Positions 31,476 through 43,183 of a stretch of 64,000 nucleotides of DNA are shown piece after piece. This DNA comes from Pontimonas sp. Lineage in GTDB: Bacteria; Actinomycetota; Actinomycetes; Actinomycetales; Microbacteriaceae. Within the stretch, counting starts at the first letter, position 1. Each line of letters begins with the position of its first letter. Below the pieces are notes generated by a model, which saw only the letters and a program-made list of their open reading frames with translations, was not told the origin of the DNA and did no database searches. The stretch is from the NCBI GenBank assembly GCA_018402295.1, contig JAGYJI010000005.1, positions 77,067-141,066 on the forward strand, given 5' to 3'. The translations under genes and the position numbers were made by a program.

Positions 31476-31915
31476 ATCGCCCGATGATTGCTGCGCTCTT
31501 CATGGCGCTGCTGCTCCTGATTTATCTGGCGTTCACCGTCAACTATGCGTGGATCTTGATTCGAGACGCCTCGCTCTTGGTCAACGCCATGGGGTATGCC
31601 CTGGCGATTTTGCCGGTGCTGGGGGCGTGGGGGTTGGCTGCCGAGTTGGTGTTTGCCAGGCGCTCAGCCAAGCTCACCACCGAACTGGAGAAGAGGGGTC
31701 TCCTGCCGGGTGAGGAGCTTCCCTCCCTCACCAGTGGTCGGCCCCATCGGGAGGCCGCGGAGGCCGCGTTCCCCCAGTTCAAGAAAGACACCGAAGACAA
31801 CCCCGAGTCGTGGGAGTCCTGGCTTCGCCTAGGACTCGCCTACGACGCCTGTGGTGACCGCCGGCGCGCCCGCTGGGCCGTGAGACGAGCAATCGCCCTC
31901 TCCCGAAGTGCCTAA
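31472..31915 (+). CDS. Membrane protein with C-terminal TPR-like helix pair
   Basis: Two TM helices; W.SWLRLGLAYDACGDRRRAR; ATGA overlap with dapB. Confidence 0.75.
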   Translation: MNRPMIAALFMALLLLIYLAFTVNYAWILIRDASLLVNAMGYALAILPVLGAWGLAAELVFARRSAKLTTELEKRGLLPGEELPSLTSGRPHREAAEAAFPQFKKDTEDNPESWESWLRLGLAYDACGDRRRARWAVRRAIALSRSA

Positions 31916-32844
31916 TCCCGGGCGAGCAGTCGGCTGATCGCCGAGTCCAGGGTGGTGTCATCGAAGCTGAAACCCGAGTCCACCAACCGCGTGGCAACAA
32001 TTCGCTGCGAGGTGAGGAGAAGTTCCCTCCCCGCCTCACCCATCAGCAGAGATATCGCAAAGGTCGGCAGTCCCAACCAGTGGGGGCGACCCATCTGTGC
32101 GGGCAAGCTCCTTGGTGAGATCAAGAGCGGTTGCTGGTGTGGGGGCCACAAGGTTGAAGATTCCATAGGTCGTCTCGTGGTTGACCAGGTGGGCGAGGGC
32201 TCGAACTTCGTCGTGGAGGCTAATCCACGGCCACCACTGAGACCCACGTGCCAATAGGTCCTCCCACTCCCAGGCTGGTTTGGAGCTGGAGTGGCGCCAT
32301 GGCGCCACCCTTCCCCACGACCAGTCCGGTGCGGGCGTAACAGATTCGGGTGTCGGAGCTCTGCGCCGGTGCTGCCGCAGCTTCCCACTGCTCCACCACG
32401 TCGGCCAGAAATCCGTCGCCTTTCTTGCTTCGTTCGGTCAGCTCGGAGTCAGAGCGATCACCATAGAACCCGACAGCGCTTCCCTGAACCAGCAGGCTCG
32501 GAGAGGTTGAGGCATCCCGAATAGCGGTGGCCAGAGTGGTGGTGGCGTTGATCCGGGAGTTCAGGATCTTCTGTTGGTAAGCCTTGGTCCAGGGGATTCT
32601 GCCAATCGACGCCCCGGAGAGGTTCACCACCACATCGGTGTGCTCGAGGATGCCCGCCTCGATTTCCCCGGTGTCCGGGTTCCACTGGTGTTCCGAAGCA
32701 TCCCGGGGTGTGCGCCTGACCAGAGTGTGGACCGCGTGGCCCTGCTGCCTCAGCAGCGCTTGCAGGGGTGTTCCGATCATGCCGCTGGCGCCCGAGATGA
32801 GGACGCGAAGACGCCGTGACGTCTTCTTGATAACCCTTCAGCAT
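31912..32844 (-). CDS. TIGR01777-family NAD-dependent epimerase/oxidoreductase (several indels)
   Basis: VLISGASGMIG, VVNLSG, SAVGFYG, RTGLV, QWWPWISLHD and LLTSQR motifs across frames. Confidence 0.85.
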
Positions 32845-33269
32845 TAACGCAGTGTCGCCTCAAGGGTGATGGGAACCCCCGCGAGTGCTTGGGAGATAGG
32901 ACAGTTCGCCTTGGCGTCCTCGGCAAATGTCTGGAAGGTCTGGTCGTCCATGCCGGGAATGCTGGCAGACACCAGAAGGTGAGAACCGGTGACGCCTTCG
33001 CCGGGGACAAAAGTCACGGCGGCGGTGACATCCAATGACTCCGGGGGAGACCCCGCACCGCTGAGAGCGTGGGAGAGCGCCATGGAATAGCAGGCTGAGT
33101 GCGCGGCACCGAGAAGCTCTTCCGGGTTGGTGACCCCGGTTTGGCCTTCGCTGCGTGCTGCCCAGGTGACGTCAAATGTTGCGGCACCGGAGGAGACCAG
33201 GGCTGTGGAGCCGGAGCCTTCGACGAGTGAGCCTGACCACTGGGTTCGTGCTTCGCTGGTGACTGCCAT
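32844..33269 (-). CDS. osmC: OsmC-family peroxiredoxin
   Basis: TNPEELLGAAHSACYSMAL and AKANCPISQAL motifs. Confidence 0.9.
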   Translation of the reverse strand: MAVTSEARTQWSGSLVEGSGSTALVSSGAATFDVTWAARSEGQTGVTNPEELLGAAHSACYSMALSHALSGAGSPPESLDVTAAVTFVPGEGVTGSHLLVSASIPGMDDQTFQTFAEDAKANCPISQALAGVPITLEATLR

Positions 33270-33359
33270 GATGGGTTCCTTCCAAAGGGTGGATGTGTCC
33301 TAATCGAACCACTATCTGAGTCTTTTCGCGACACCTTCCAGGGCTTTCCCACCCAAACG

Positions 33360-33854
33360 CTAGGCGGAACGGATGATTTTGGCTCGCACCAGCAGCGCAT
33401 ACATTTCGCAACCCAAGCACAAACCGAACACCGAATTCAGAAATGCTGCGATGAAGGCGACCGCTGCGGCACCGACCAATCCGTAGGGGACTCCGAGGAG
33501 GTGGAGGACCACTCCGGTAATGGAGACCAGGAAACCCACAAGCTGAGCAAAGGTGGGGGGCTCTGGCTCCTCCAGGTAGGCGGGGGCTCCCAGGCGGGGG
33601 CGAATCAGTGCCTTGAACAGGGCACCGTAGGGGTGTCGAGCAATTCCGGCAAAGGCGCCCCACGCAAACACGGCGGTGATGGCAGCCAGGAGAAGGAACG
33701 CGGGCTGCACAGCACGTTCCGCCAGGGGTGCCGCAGAGGCCGCTGTGCCCAGGCCCAGAGCAATGGTGACGAGCAGGAGGACTGCCGTGATTCCTGCGCC
33801 AAACCGTGGACCGCGGGGGTCAATGCCGGCGGGGGACTTAGATGAGGTACTCAT
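33360..33854 (-). CDS. DUF4395-type membrane protein
   Basis: IDPRGPRF, PPTFAQLVG and AAFLNSVFGLCLGCEMY motifs. Confidence 0.8.
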   Translation of the reverse strand: MSTSSKSPAGIDPRGPRFGAGITAVLLLVTIALGLGTAASAAPLAERAVQPAFLLLAAITAVFAWGAFAGIARHPYGALFKALIRPRLGAPAYLEEPEPPTFAQLVGFLVSITGVVLHLLGVPYGLVGAAAVAFIAAFLNSVFGLCLGCEMYALLVRAKIIRSA

Positions 33855-34296
33855 CAGATTGTGCCTTTCGTGTCGTGAGTGCTTGGTGAACTTCCTCGGC
33901 AACCACGGGAGGCTTTGCTGCGCCGTGGATGCGAGAAATAATGTGGCCACTCCTGGTCACCAGGAATGTGGTGGGCGTTTGGGATACTTTCAGAGCGCTG
34001 GTGAGCTCGGGGTGCTCGGTGATGTCGATTTCCCGGTGGGCAACGAGTCCCTCACTGCTCGAGGCCTCTGCCCCCAGGACACCGCGCATGGCTGCGCAGT
34101 AGGAACAAAAAGGTCCCGAGAACTGCAGGAGAGTGATCACCGCTGTCTGGTCCACCAGGGTGTGGGGAACATCGGGTGGGAGCGACGATAACGCTCTCCT
34201 CGAGACAGACCCCTGAGTGTTTTGCCAAGCAAAGCCCGCGAGCGTTGCCACAGCGAGCAACGCTCCCAACACCAGGGCAATCTGCAGAGCATCCAT
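33838..34296 (-). CDS. Membrane-anchored thioredoxin-like protein
   Basis: N-terminal TM helix, FSGPFCSYC (CxxC), QTPT cis-Pro motif. Confidence 0.8.
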   Translation of the reverse strand: MDALQIALVLGALLAVATLAGFAWQNTQGSVSRRALSSLPPDVPHTLVDQTAVITLLQFSGPFCSYCAAMRGVLGAEASSSEGLVAHREIDITEHPELTSALKVSQTPTTFLVTRSGHIISRIHGAAKPPVVAEEVHQALTTRKAQSDEYLI

Positions 34297-34394
34297 GTGT
34301 CCATACCCTAGGCGTGGATGCCCGGGGCACGCACGGATATGACGAAGCGTTACCACCAGCCAAGTAGGCTGGTGGCATTGTTTCGAGGAAGGCA

Positions 34395-35132
34395 GTGCGG
34401 GTGGCAAGCGAACAGATTGAGTTTCGGTCTGATGTAACGGTGGAGCTCGTTCGTCACAGTGCTAGCGATGCAGATGTCCTCTTCGCCGCCAGGGTGAGCA
34501 CGCAGGGTGAGCAAACTCTGGAGGCTGCAAGCTCAGGAGCGCAAGCCTCCGAGCGGGACCGCGGATTGATCAACTATTTGATGCGCGACCGTCACGGGTC
34601 GCCGTTTGAGCACAACTCCTTGACCTTCTATGTTCAGGCCCCGATTTTTGTCTTCCGTGAGTTCATGCGTCACCGGATTGCCTCCTACAACGAAGAAAGC
34701 GGTCGCTACCGCGAGCTTCGACCCGTCTTTTATGTTCCCGGTCCTGAACGAAAGCTTGTCCAGGTGGGCAAGCCCGGCGCATACGACTTTGAAGATGGAA
34801 CGCCGGAGCAGACCGCGCTGGTCCGCGACGAGGTCGTCGCGGTGTGCACGGCGGCCTATGAGAGCTACCAGCGCATGCTGGAGGCGGGTGTGGCTCGAGA
34901 GGTGGCCCGGGCGGTTCTCCCGGTCACTCTGTACTCCAGCATGTACGTGACCATGAACGCTCGAAGCTTGATGAATTTCCTGAGCCTGCGCACCAAACGC
35001 GAGGGAACACACTTCCCGTCATTCCCGCAGCGCGAGATCGAAATGGTGGCCGAAAAGATGGAAGACCTGTGGGCGCCACTCATGCCGATGACTGCGGAGA
35101 CCTTTGACCAGAACGGTCGCGTAGCGCCCTAG
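34395..35132 (+). CDS. thyX: FAD-dependent thymidylate synthase (alternative start 34401)
   Basis: HGSPFEH, RHRIASYNEESGRY and REVAR motifs. Confidence 0.96.
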   Translation: MRVASEQIEFRSDVTVELVRHSASDADVLFAARVSTQGEQTLEAASSGAQASERDRGLINYLMRDRHGSPFEHNSLTFYVQAPIFVFREFMRHRIASYNEESGRYRELRPVFYVPGPERKLVQVGKPGAYDFEDGTPEQTALVRDEVVAVCTAAYESYQRMLEAGVAREVARAVLPVTLYSSMYVTMNARSLMNFLSLRTKREGTHFPSFPQREIEMVAEKMEDLWAPLMPMTAETFDQNGRVAP

Positions 35133-35171
35133 GGGTGTGCGCCTGGGGCTCGCTAACGCTAGCCTTGGGGC

Positions 35172-36145
35172 GTGGTAACTGAGAATCCGTTCGGCCAGGT
35201 CCTGGTCGCCATGGTCACTCCGATGACTGTTGATGGCGAAGTGGACTGGCCAGGCGTTGAATCCTTGATGGAAAGCCTGATTAGTCATGGCGCCGATGGG
35301 ATTGTGGTCACCGGCACCACCGGGGAAACCAGCACGCTCACCGACGCGGAGAAGATTCAGCTGGTGAAAACGGGTAAGTCTGTGTCGGCCGGTCGCGCCA
35401 GCATCGTCACCGGCGGCGGGTCCAACGAAACTGCGCACGCCATCGAGCTCTACAAAGCCAGCGAAAAAGCGGGCGCAGACGGCGTCATGATCGTCACCCC
35501 GTATTACAACAAGCCCACCCAGGCCGGGGTTCTCACGCACTTCCGCCTGATTGCCGATGCCACCGACTTGCCCGTCATTCTCTATGACATCCCGGGGCGC
35601 TCCGGCATCGAAATCACCTACGACACCATTCTTCGGGCAGCCAAGCACCCCAACATTCGGGCCGTTAAGGACGCGAAGGGCGACTTGGCTGAGGTCTCGC
35701 GCGTGCTGAACCAGACAGATTTGCTCTACTTTGCCGGCGATGACGCGAACGCTCTGCCCACGTTGGCCATTGGCGGCACCGGGCTTATCGGTGTCACCGC
35801 GAATATCGCCCCCGAGCCGTATCGGATCATGGTGGACGCGGTCAACCGCAGTGACTTGGAAGCCGCAACCGCTCAGCACAAGCTGTTGGAGCCTCTGGTG
35901 CGGGCGACCATGACTCATGTTCCCGGCACGGTGGCAACGAAATACATTCTCCACGGCCTGGGACGCATCTCCTCCCCCGAGTCCGCTTGCCACTCGTGGG
36001 TCCCGAAGAATCCGAGGCAGCACTCATCGAGAACGACATTGCGCTTGTGCGTGATGTTGTCGGTGCCGACTTCTCCAATTTCCGCCCCGACCGCAACGCG
36101 GCCGCTGGGGGTGCCCTGCCGAAGGTGGCAGGCACTACCCGCTAA
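35172..36145 (+). CDS. dapA: 4-hydroxy-tetrahydrodipicolinate synthase (C missing near 35975)
   Basis: GTTGE, PYYNKP, LYDIPGR, VKDA; corrected frame continues RLPLVG to TAA at 36145. Confidence 0.93.
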
Positions 36146-36156
36146 CGAAGGACCTC

Positions 36157-37838
36157 ATGCCCCAACCCTTGGTGGACCCACCAGCATTACTGTCCCGGCA
36201 CTCTCCGCGTCATCCCGCTCGGCGGGATTGGTGAAATCGGTCGCAACATGACCGTCTTCGAGATCGATGGCAAGTTGCTCATCGTGGACTGCGGTGTCCT
36301 CTTCCCCGAGGAAACCCAGCCCGGCGTTGACCTGATCCTGCCTGATTTTGAGCCGATCAGAGATCGTCTCGATGACGTGGTGGCCATCATGCTGACCCAC
36401 GGTCACGAGGACCACATCGGAGCGGTTCCCTACCTGCTGAGGCTGCGCCAGGACATCCCCCTGATTGGCACAACCCTCACCCTGGCTCTGATTGAGGCAA
36501 AGCTCAAAGAGCACAGGATTGCTCCCCTCACCATGTCGGTGGAGGCGGGAGGTCGCGAGAAGCTGGGACCCTTTGACCTCGAGTTCGTGGCCGTGAACCA
36601 CTCGATTCCCGACGCTTTGGCTGTCATGATTCGCACGAGCGCTGGTTCTGTTCTTCACACCGGTGACTTCAAGATGGACCAGCTGCCCCTCGATGGACGA
36701 CTGACCGATCTTCGCTCGTTCGCCAGACTCGGGGAAGAAGGGGTTGACCTGTTCTTGGTGGACTCCACGAACGCGGATGTTCCAGGCTTCACCCCGCGCG
36801 AAGCGGACATTGGTCCTGTGTTGGATCAGATTGTGCACCGGGCGCCCTAGGCGCGTCATTGTCGCAAGCTTTGCCTCCCACGTTCACCGTGTTCAGCAGG
36901 TCATTGACGCGGCTGCAGAAAACAATCGTCTGGTCGCGTTGGTCGGCCGCTCGATGGTGCGGAACATGGGTATCGCCCAGGAGCTCGGATATTTGACCGT
37001 GCCCGAGGGACTCCTGGTGGATGCGAAGAAAGCCGTCGAGCTTCCCGATGAGCGCGTGCTCTACATGACCACAGGCTCTCAGGGTGAACCGATGGCGGGT
37101 CTCTCTCGGATGGCCAATCGCGAGCACCCCACGATTGAGATCGGACCGGGCGACACCGTTATCCTCGCCTCCAGCCTGATTCCCGGCAACGAGAACGCGG
37201 TCTACCGGGTCATCAACGGCCTCATTGATTTGGGAGCAAACGTCGTCCACAAGGGCAACGCCAAAGTCCACGTGTCAGGTCACGCCGCCGCCGGTGAGCT
37301 CCTGTACTGCTACAACATCGTCAAGCCTCGGCAGGTCATGCCCGTCCACGGCGAGGCTCGTCATTTGCGAGCCAACGCCGAGGTCGCCATTTCCTCGGGC
37401 GTACCCCGCGAGAACACGCTGGTGGGCGAGAACGGCACCGTGGTGGATTTGACCGCTGGTGTCGCCTCGCAGGTGGGCCAACTCGATATCGGTTTTGTCT
37501 ATGTTGATGGCTCAACTGTCGGGGAAATCACGGAAGCAGACCTCAAAGATCGGCGAATTCTTGCCGAAGAGGGCTTCATCTCCATCTTCATCGCCATGGA
37601 CCCGCAGACCGGCAAAATCATCGTGGGGCCCGAGATTCACGCTCGTGGTTTTGCCCCCGATGACTCCGTCTTCGATGAGGTTCGCCCCGCCATCGTGAAA
37701 GCACTCGAGGAAGCCTCCGCCAATGGAACGAGGGACACCCAGTCGTTCCAGCAGGTCGTGAGGCGCACCATTGGCCGCTGGGTCAACACGCAACACCGTC
37801 GTCGCCCCATGATTATCCCGGTCGTGATTGAGGCCTAA
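36157..37838 (+). CDS. rnj: Ribonuclease J (indels near 36192 and 36848)
   Basis: PLGGIGEIGRNM, THGHEDHIG, HTGDFK, TGSQGEP, HVSGH and PVHGE motifs. Confidence 0.93.
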
Positions 37839-37892
37839 GGTCTCAAACCACGCTCGATTACCCGTGGAAGGCGCGCAGGCCGGCGCCTAGAG

Positions 37893-38291
37893 CTACTGCT
37901 GTGGTGCGCCAGCAGGCAGGGCGTTTCGCACCATCGGAATGATGAGCGCTCCGGCGACCACGTGCATCACGTTGAGCCAGACCGCTGCCTCAAACCCTTG
38001 GACGCCACCAAAGGGGAGAACAAAACTGAGTGCCAAGGCAATCAGGCTGATTGACAGCCACACGTTGCGTGGTGATTTGGTGCGCGACGCGATCCATCCC
38101 ACAATCACTCCGCCGACGATGCCCTGAAAAATACTGAACATTGCGGGGGCGAAGAAGGGAATGGCCATCGGCTCGCCCTGCGCGAGCAAGAACTCTTGCC
38201 CAAATGCCTCGGTGGCAACGAAATACAGAATCTGGTTGATGACCGCGGCAATCAGTGATGCGACGACGAGTGGGCGAAAAATAGCTTTCAT
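37893..38291 (-). CDS. Four-TM hypothetical membrane protein
   Basis: Four hydrophobic segments, LSFVLP and LNVMHVV; ATGA overlap with the EamA gene. Confidence 0.7.
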   Translation of the reverse strand: MKAIFRPLVVASLIAAVINQILYFVATEAFGQEFLLAQGEPMAIPFFAPAMFSIFQGIVGGVIVGWIASRTKSPRNVWLSISLIALALSFVLPFGGVQGFEAAVWLNVMHVVAGALIIPMVRNALPAGAPQQ

Positions 38292-39266
38292 GGTTTGGTC
38301 TCCTCAGTGAGTTCCACCGGCAAAATAATGGGCCCGGTTTCCAGTGCCAAGTCGGCCTGAACAACCACGTCACTTGTCCTAGCGGTTTGAGCTATGACGA
38401 TACCGCCGAAGACGACGGTGGCGCCAATCACCTGCCAGGTGTTGAGGGCTTCTTGAAGCCATAGCCAGGCGGTGACGAAGGCAAAGATGATTTCGCTGGT
38501 GGCGACAATGCCAGCAGCCGTTGCCGAGAGCCTCTTGAGTGCGCTGAGGGAGAGGAGGAACGGAGCAAAGGATCCCAGCGTCACGTTCCAGAGAATCAGG
38601 AACCATACGGGAACAAAAACGCTCTCAAAGTTTCCTCCCAAGGAGGTGGCGGTGGTGAAGGTTTCGGGCTGTGAAGGTCCACCAGCTAGAGAAGGGGGCC
38701 CAAAACAGTGTTGCCACGGCCATCGTCCAGAACGACAGGGCGAGCGGGGAAATGACTTTCAGTTGACGCTCACCCACGAGAAAGTAGGTGGCGAGGGTGA
38801 CCGCTGCGCCTAGCGCCCAGAGAACACCGACCGGGTTCAAGGTCGAGGCCCAGATCTCGGCCACCGCGATGAGACCCGCGATGACCAGGGCAATCGCGAT
38901 CCACAATCGGATGTGGACTTTTTCTTTGAAGAAGAAAAAGGCCACCAACGCAACAATCAGGACTGCCAGGTATTCGAGCAGCAGAGCGATCCCCACGGGG
39001 AGCAGCTCGATGGCAAAAGCGTAGGTGGCCTGAAGAAGCCCCACTCCCACAACTCCGAGCACGACAATCACGGGCCATTGGCGCGGGGGAAGACGGAAGG
39101 AGCGCCGATCAAGAATCAGAAGGACAATGCCGGAGATGACCGCAGCGCCCAATACTCGCATTTGAGTAAGTTGCAGCGCGCTAAAACCGGATTCGATGAT
39201 GACCTTGCTGACCGACCCATTGGCGCCAAAGAGGAAGGCGGCAAGAAGTGCATAAAAATAGCCCAC
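38288..39266 (-). CDS. EamA/DMT family transporter (indel near 38672)
   Basis: About ten TM helices across two ORFs; LPVGIALLLEY, E..FA..AWLWLQEAL. Confidence 0.83.
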
Positions 39267-39406
39267 TATCGGACTCGAGACAAGGATTGAACCGCGTGGG
39301 AGGAGTGAATCACAGGATAAGCGTAGAGCCTCTCGGGACTGTTTTTGACCACGCGTGAGATGCAATCTGAGGATGTCCCTCAGAGGTGTTCTCTACGCTG
39401 TTGTCT

Positions 39407-39928
39407 ATGAACACATATGTGCTTGCGGGCGGTTGCTTCTGGTGTCTTGATGCTGCCTATCGGGTGCTGCGCGGGGTGAGCTCGGTAGTGTCCGGTTACA
39501 TCGGCGGCGACACGGTGAATCCGACCTACGAGCAGATTTGCACCGGCACCACCGGTCACGCCGAGGCTGTTGCCGTGACGTTTGATCCTTCCGTGATTCC
39601 CTCCGACGTAATCCTGGACGCCTTTTTCACCATGCATGATCCTCGTCAACTGAACCGTCAGGGCAACGACGTGGGAACCCAATATCGCTCCGCGATGTTT
39701 TATCGAGACGACGAGCAACAGGCTCTCTTCGAAGCTGCTCGCGAGCGCGCAGGCGAGATGTGGGGCGAAGGCGTTGTCACGGAAATCTCTCCTCTGGGAG
39801 AGTTCTATGAGGCAGAGGATTACCACCAAGACTTTTTTGCGAAGAATCCCACCCAGGGTTACTGCCTGGCGGTCGCGGTTCCTAAGGTGTCAAAAGTGCG
39901 CAAGAGTTTCGCTGAGTATCTGAACTAG
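39407..39928 (+). CDS. msrA: Peptide-methionine (S)-S-oxide reductase
   Basis: GGCFWC, GHAEAV, RQGNDVGTQYRS and AEDYHQ motifs. Confidence 0.96.
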   Translation: MNTYVLAGGCFWCLDAAYRVLRGVSSVVSGYIGGDTVNPTYEQICTGTTGHAEAVAVTFDPSVIPSDVILDAFFTMHDPRQLNRQGNDVGTQYRSAMFYRDDEQQALFEAARERAGEMWGEGVVTEISPLGEFYEAEDYHQDFFAKNPTQGYCLAVAVPKVSKVRKSFAEYLN

Positions 39929-40082
39929 CCCTCGTCTGTCCACAGCTGAGCTCTTCACCTAGTTCATTCACAAAATCCACTCTGGGCGTGAGGCATCTCC
40001 TCGTGTGCCTGCACAGTGTCGGCATGCCCGCACTGCAGGCGAGGGCATACCCCCAACAGCCTGCGCCACGAAAGGATCCATC

Positions 40083-40487
40083 ATGACTGACCAACTCACC
40101 CTGACCGGGCTTATTGCCACCACCCCTCGCCACATCGTCACCTCAGAGGGCCTCGCCATCACCAGCTTTCGGCTCGCCTCGCAGCAGCGCTGGTACGACC
40201 GCAAAGTCGGCCGTTGGAGTGACGGCGAGACCAACTGGTACACCGTGACCGCGTTCCGCGATCTCGCCGTGAATGCGTCCCAGTCCCTCCACAAAGGTGA
40301 CCGCGTGGTGACGGTGGGACGCCTCAAAGTTCGGGATTGGTCCAACGATGACAAGTCGGGGACCAGCGTTGAAATTGAGGCTGACAGCCTGGGCCACGAC
40401 CTGTATTGGGGCGTCACCGATTACACGAAAGTGTCCAGGACCATCCTCGAGGAAGACCCCGACGAGGACGAAGAAGACGAGCTCTAG
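40083..40487 (+). CDS. ssb: Single-stranded DNA-binding protein, secondary (SsbB-like) copy
   Basis: OB fold: FRLAS, TNWYTV, SLHKGDRVVTVGRL, EIEADSLGHDL; lies upstream of ettA. Confidence 0.88.
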   Translation: MTDQLTLTGLIATTPRHIVTSEGLAITSFRLASQQRWYDRKVGRWSDGETNWYTVTAFRDLAVNASQSLHKGDRVVTVGRLKVRDWSNDDKSGTSVEIEADSLGHDLYWGVTDYTKVSRTILEEDPDEDEEDEL

Positions 40488-40528
40488 TCGCCAAGCCCCG
40501 GCAGCCAAAGTCCCTAGACTAGGAACCT

Positions 40529-42212
40529 ATGGCTGAATTCATTTACACAATGGTCCGCGCCCGCAAAGCGATCGGCGACAAGCTCATCCTGGACGATGTC
40601 ACCATGTCTTTCTTCCCCGGGGCGAAGATTGGCATGGTGGGCCCCAATGGTGCGGGTAAATCCACCATCCTGAAAATCATGGCGGGGCTTGACACCCCCT
40701 CCAACGGTGAAGCAACGCTCACGGCGGGGTATTCCGTCGGAATCCTCCTGCAGGAACCCGAACTCGATGAATCAAAGACAGTTCTGGAGAATGTGCGCGA
40801 TGGTGTGCGCGAGACACACGACATGGTTGTTCGGTTCAATGAGATTTCGGCCGCAATGTCTGATCCCAACGCAGATTTTGATTCGCTCCTCGCCGAGATG
40901 GGCACGCTCCAAGAGGCGATTGACGCAGCCGATGCCTGGGATCTTGACTCCCAGCTCAGAGCAGGCCATGGATGCTCTTCGATGCCCACCCTCGGATGCG
41001 TCCATTACCCATCTCTCGGGTGGTGAGAAGCGTCGGGTGGCGCTGTGTAAGTTGCTGCTCGAGAGGCCTGATCTTCTGCTTCTGGATGAGCCCACCAACC
41101 ACTTGGACGCCGAGAGTGTGTTGTGGCTCGAGCAACACCTGTCGAAGTATCCCGGCGCCGTAATCGCGATCACCCACGATAGGTACTTCCTGGATCACGT
41201 GGCGCAGTGGATTGCCGAGGTCGACCGCGGCCGCCTCTATCCCTATGAGGGCAACTACTCGACCTATCTCGAGAAGAAATCTGAGCGACTTCAGGTGCAA
41301 GGAAAGAAAGACCAGAAACTTGCCAAGCGTCTTGCGGACGAGCTCGAATGGGTTCGCTCCAACGCCAAGGGTCGCCAGGCGAAGTCCAAAGCTCGTCTTG
41401 CTCGGTATGAGGAGATGGCGGACGAGGCGGAGCGGACCAAGAAGCTCGACTTTGAGGAGATTCAGATTCCTCCGGGACCACGATTGGGCCAGCAGGTCTT
41501 GGAAGCGCATTCGCTCAAGAAGGGTTTTGGCGATCGAGTTCTGATCGACAATTTGAGCTTCTCCCTTCCGCGCAACGGAATCGTCGGAATTATCGGACCC
41601 AACGGTGTGGGAAAGTCCACCCTGTTCAAGACAATCGTCGGGCTTGAGTCACTGGATGGCGGAGAGTTGATTGTGGGGGAGAGCGTGAAGCTGTCCTATG
41701 TTGATCAGGATCGATCCGGCATCGACTCCTCCAAGACCCTGTGGGAAGTGGTGTCGGATGGGCTTGACGTTATCCAGGTGGGACACGTCGAAATACCCTC
41801 GCGCGCTTACGTCTCCAGTTTTGGATTCAAGGGTCCCGACCAGCAGAAGAAGGCGGGTGTCCTCTCCGGTGGAGAGCGGAACCGCTTGAACCTTGCGTTG
41901 ACGCTCAAGCAGGGTGGGAACCTGTTGCTCTTGGATGAGCCCACCAACGACCTCGATGTGGAAACCCTTTCCAGCTTGGAGAATGCTCTGCTGGAGTTCC
42001 CTGGATGTGCTGTCGTGATTACTCACGATCGGTGGTTCCTGGACCGAATTGCCACCCATATCCTCTCCTACGAGGGGACTGAGGCGGACCCGGCAAATTG
42101 GTACTGGTTTGAGGGAAACTTCGAATCCTACGAAGCCAACAAGATTGAGCGGCTAGGTCCCGATGCGGCCGCACCTCACCGCTCGACCTATCGCAAGCTC
42201 ACCCGAGATTAG
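40529..42212 (+). CDS. ettA: Energy-dependent translational throttle ABC-F protein (extra A near 40958)
   Basis: MAEFIYTM start, two ABC domains, LSGGEKRRVAL, ELEWVR..KGRQAKSKARL. Confidence 0.93.
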
Positions 42213-42267
42213 AACGGCTTGCAGGCTGTTGACGATTCGGGTTCTGGTCAACCAGCTCTGATTTTCT

Positions 42268-43161
42268 CTACTGCGGAACTCGAATCATTCCCTCTTGGGC
42301 AACTGAGGCAACCAAGGTTCCATCCTGGGCAAAAATTCGCCCGAGCGAAAGTCCTCGACCGCCCCGAGCTGACGGGGACTCCTGGGAATACAGGAACCAT
42401 TCGTCGGCGCGGTGAAAGCGGTGCCACCACATGGCGTGGTCGAGGCTTGCCATCTTGAGTCCCGGTGTTGCCCAGCTGATGCCGTGAGCTCGCATCACCG
42501 GCTCGAGGATGCTGAAGTCACTGGCATAGGCGAGTGCTGCTCGGTGAAGATTGGGGTCATCGGGCAGCGTATCGAGTGCCCTCATCCACACTGCCTGATG
42601 CGGAATTGCTTCACCCTCCACGCTCGCATAGACCGAGGAGGGGTGGTGGCGCAGATCGAATGCTCGAGTCTTCGCCCACACATCGGCGGCGGGATGGTTG
42701 ATGCCCTGCAGAACCTCCGCGGCGCTGGGGAGTGACTCCGGATCGGGCATGCCCTCAGGCATCACTGCCTGGTGGTCAAGCCCTGGGTCCTCGTCCTGGA
42801 AGGACGCAATCATCGAAAAGATGGGCTGACCTTTTTGGTAGGCCTGGACCCGCCTCGTTGAGAAGGATCGTCCGTCATGGATGCGGTCGACCGAGAAGGT
42901 GATTTCCTCCTCGATATCCCCGGGGCGCAGGAAATAACCGTGGAGGGAGTGAATGATGCGGTCCTCCGCGATGGTGTGCATTGCCCCCACCGCAGCCTGA
43001 GCCATCACTTGGCCGCCAAAGACGCGCCCGTGCGGTTGCCACTGGCTGGGTGCGGTGAAGATGTCTTCACGAGTGCGCGCTGACGTGCTCGAGAGCGTCA
43101 GCGCGCGCAGCATACTCTCGACCGGAGGAAGGTTCGGGGTGTCCCCCTGGGAAGGTGTCAT
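42268..43161 (-). CDS. tesB: Acyl-CoA thioesterase II
   Basis: RVFGGQV, HSLHGYFLRPG, DGRSFSTR, ASLDHAMWWH and VAQEG motifs. Confidence 0.92.
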   Translation of the reverse strand: MTPSQGDTPNLPPVESMLRALTLSSTSARTREDIFTAPSQWQPHGRVFGGQVMAQAAVGAMHTIAEDRIIHSLHGYFLRPGDIEEEITFSVDRIHDGRSFSTRRVQAYQKGQPIFSMIASFQDEDPGLDHQAVMPEGMPDPESLPSAAEVLQGINHPAADVWAKTRAFDLRHHPSSVYASVEGEAIPHQAVWMRALDTLPDDPNLHRAALAYASDFSILEPVMRAHGISWATPGLKMASLDHAMWWHRFHRADEWFLYSQESPSARGGRGLSLGRIFAQDGTLVASVAQEGMIRVPQ

Positions 43162-43183
43162 TGGTTGTAGTTTAGAGAACGCC

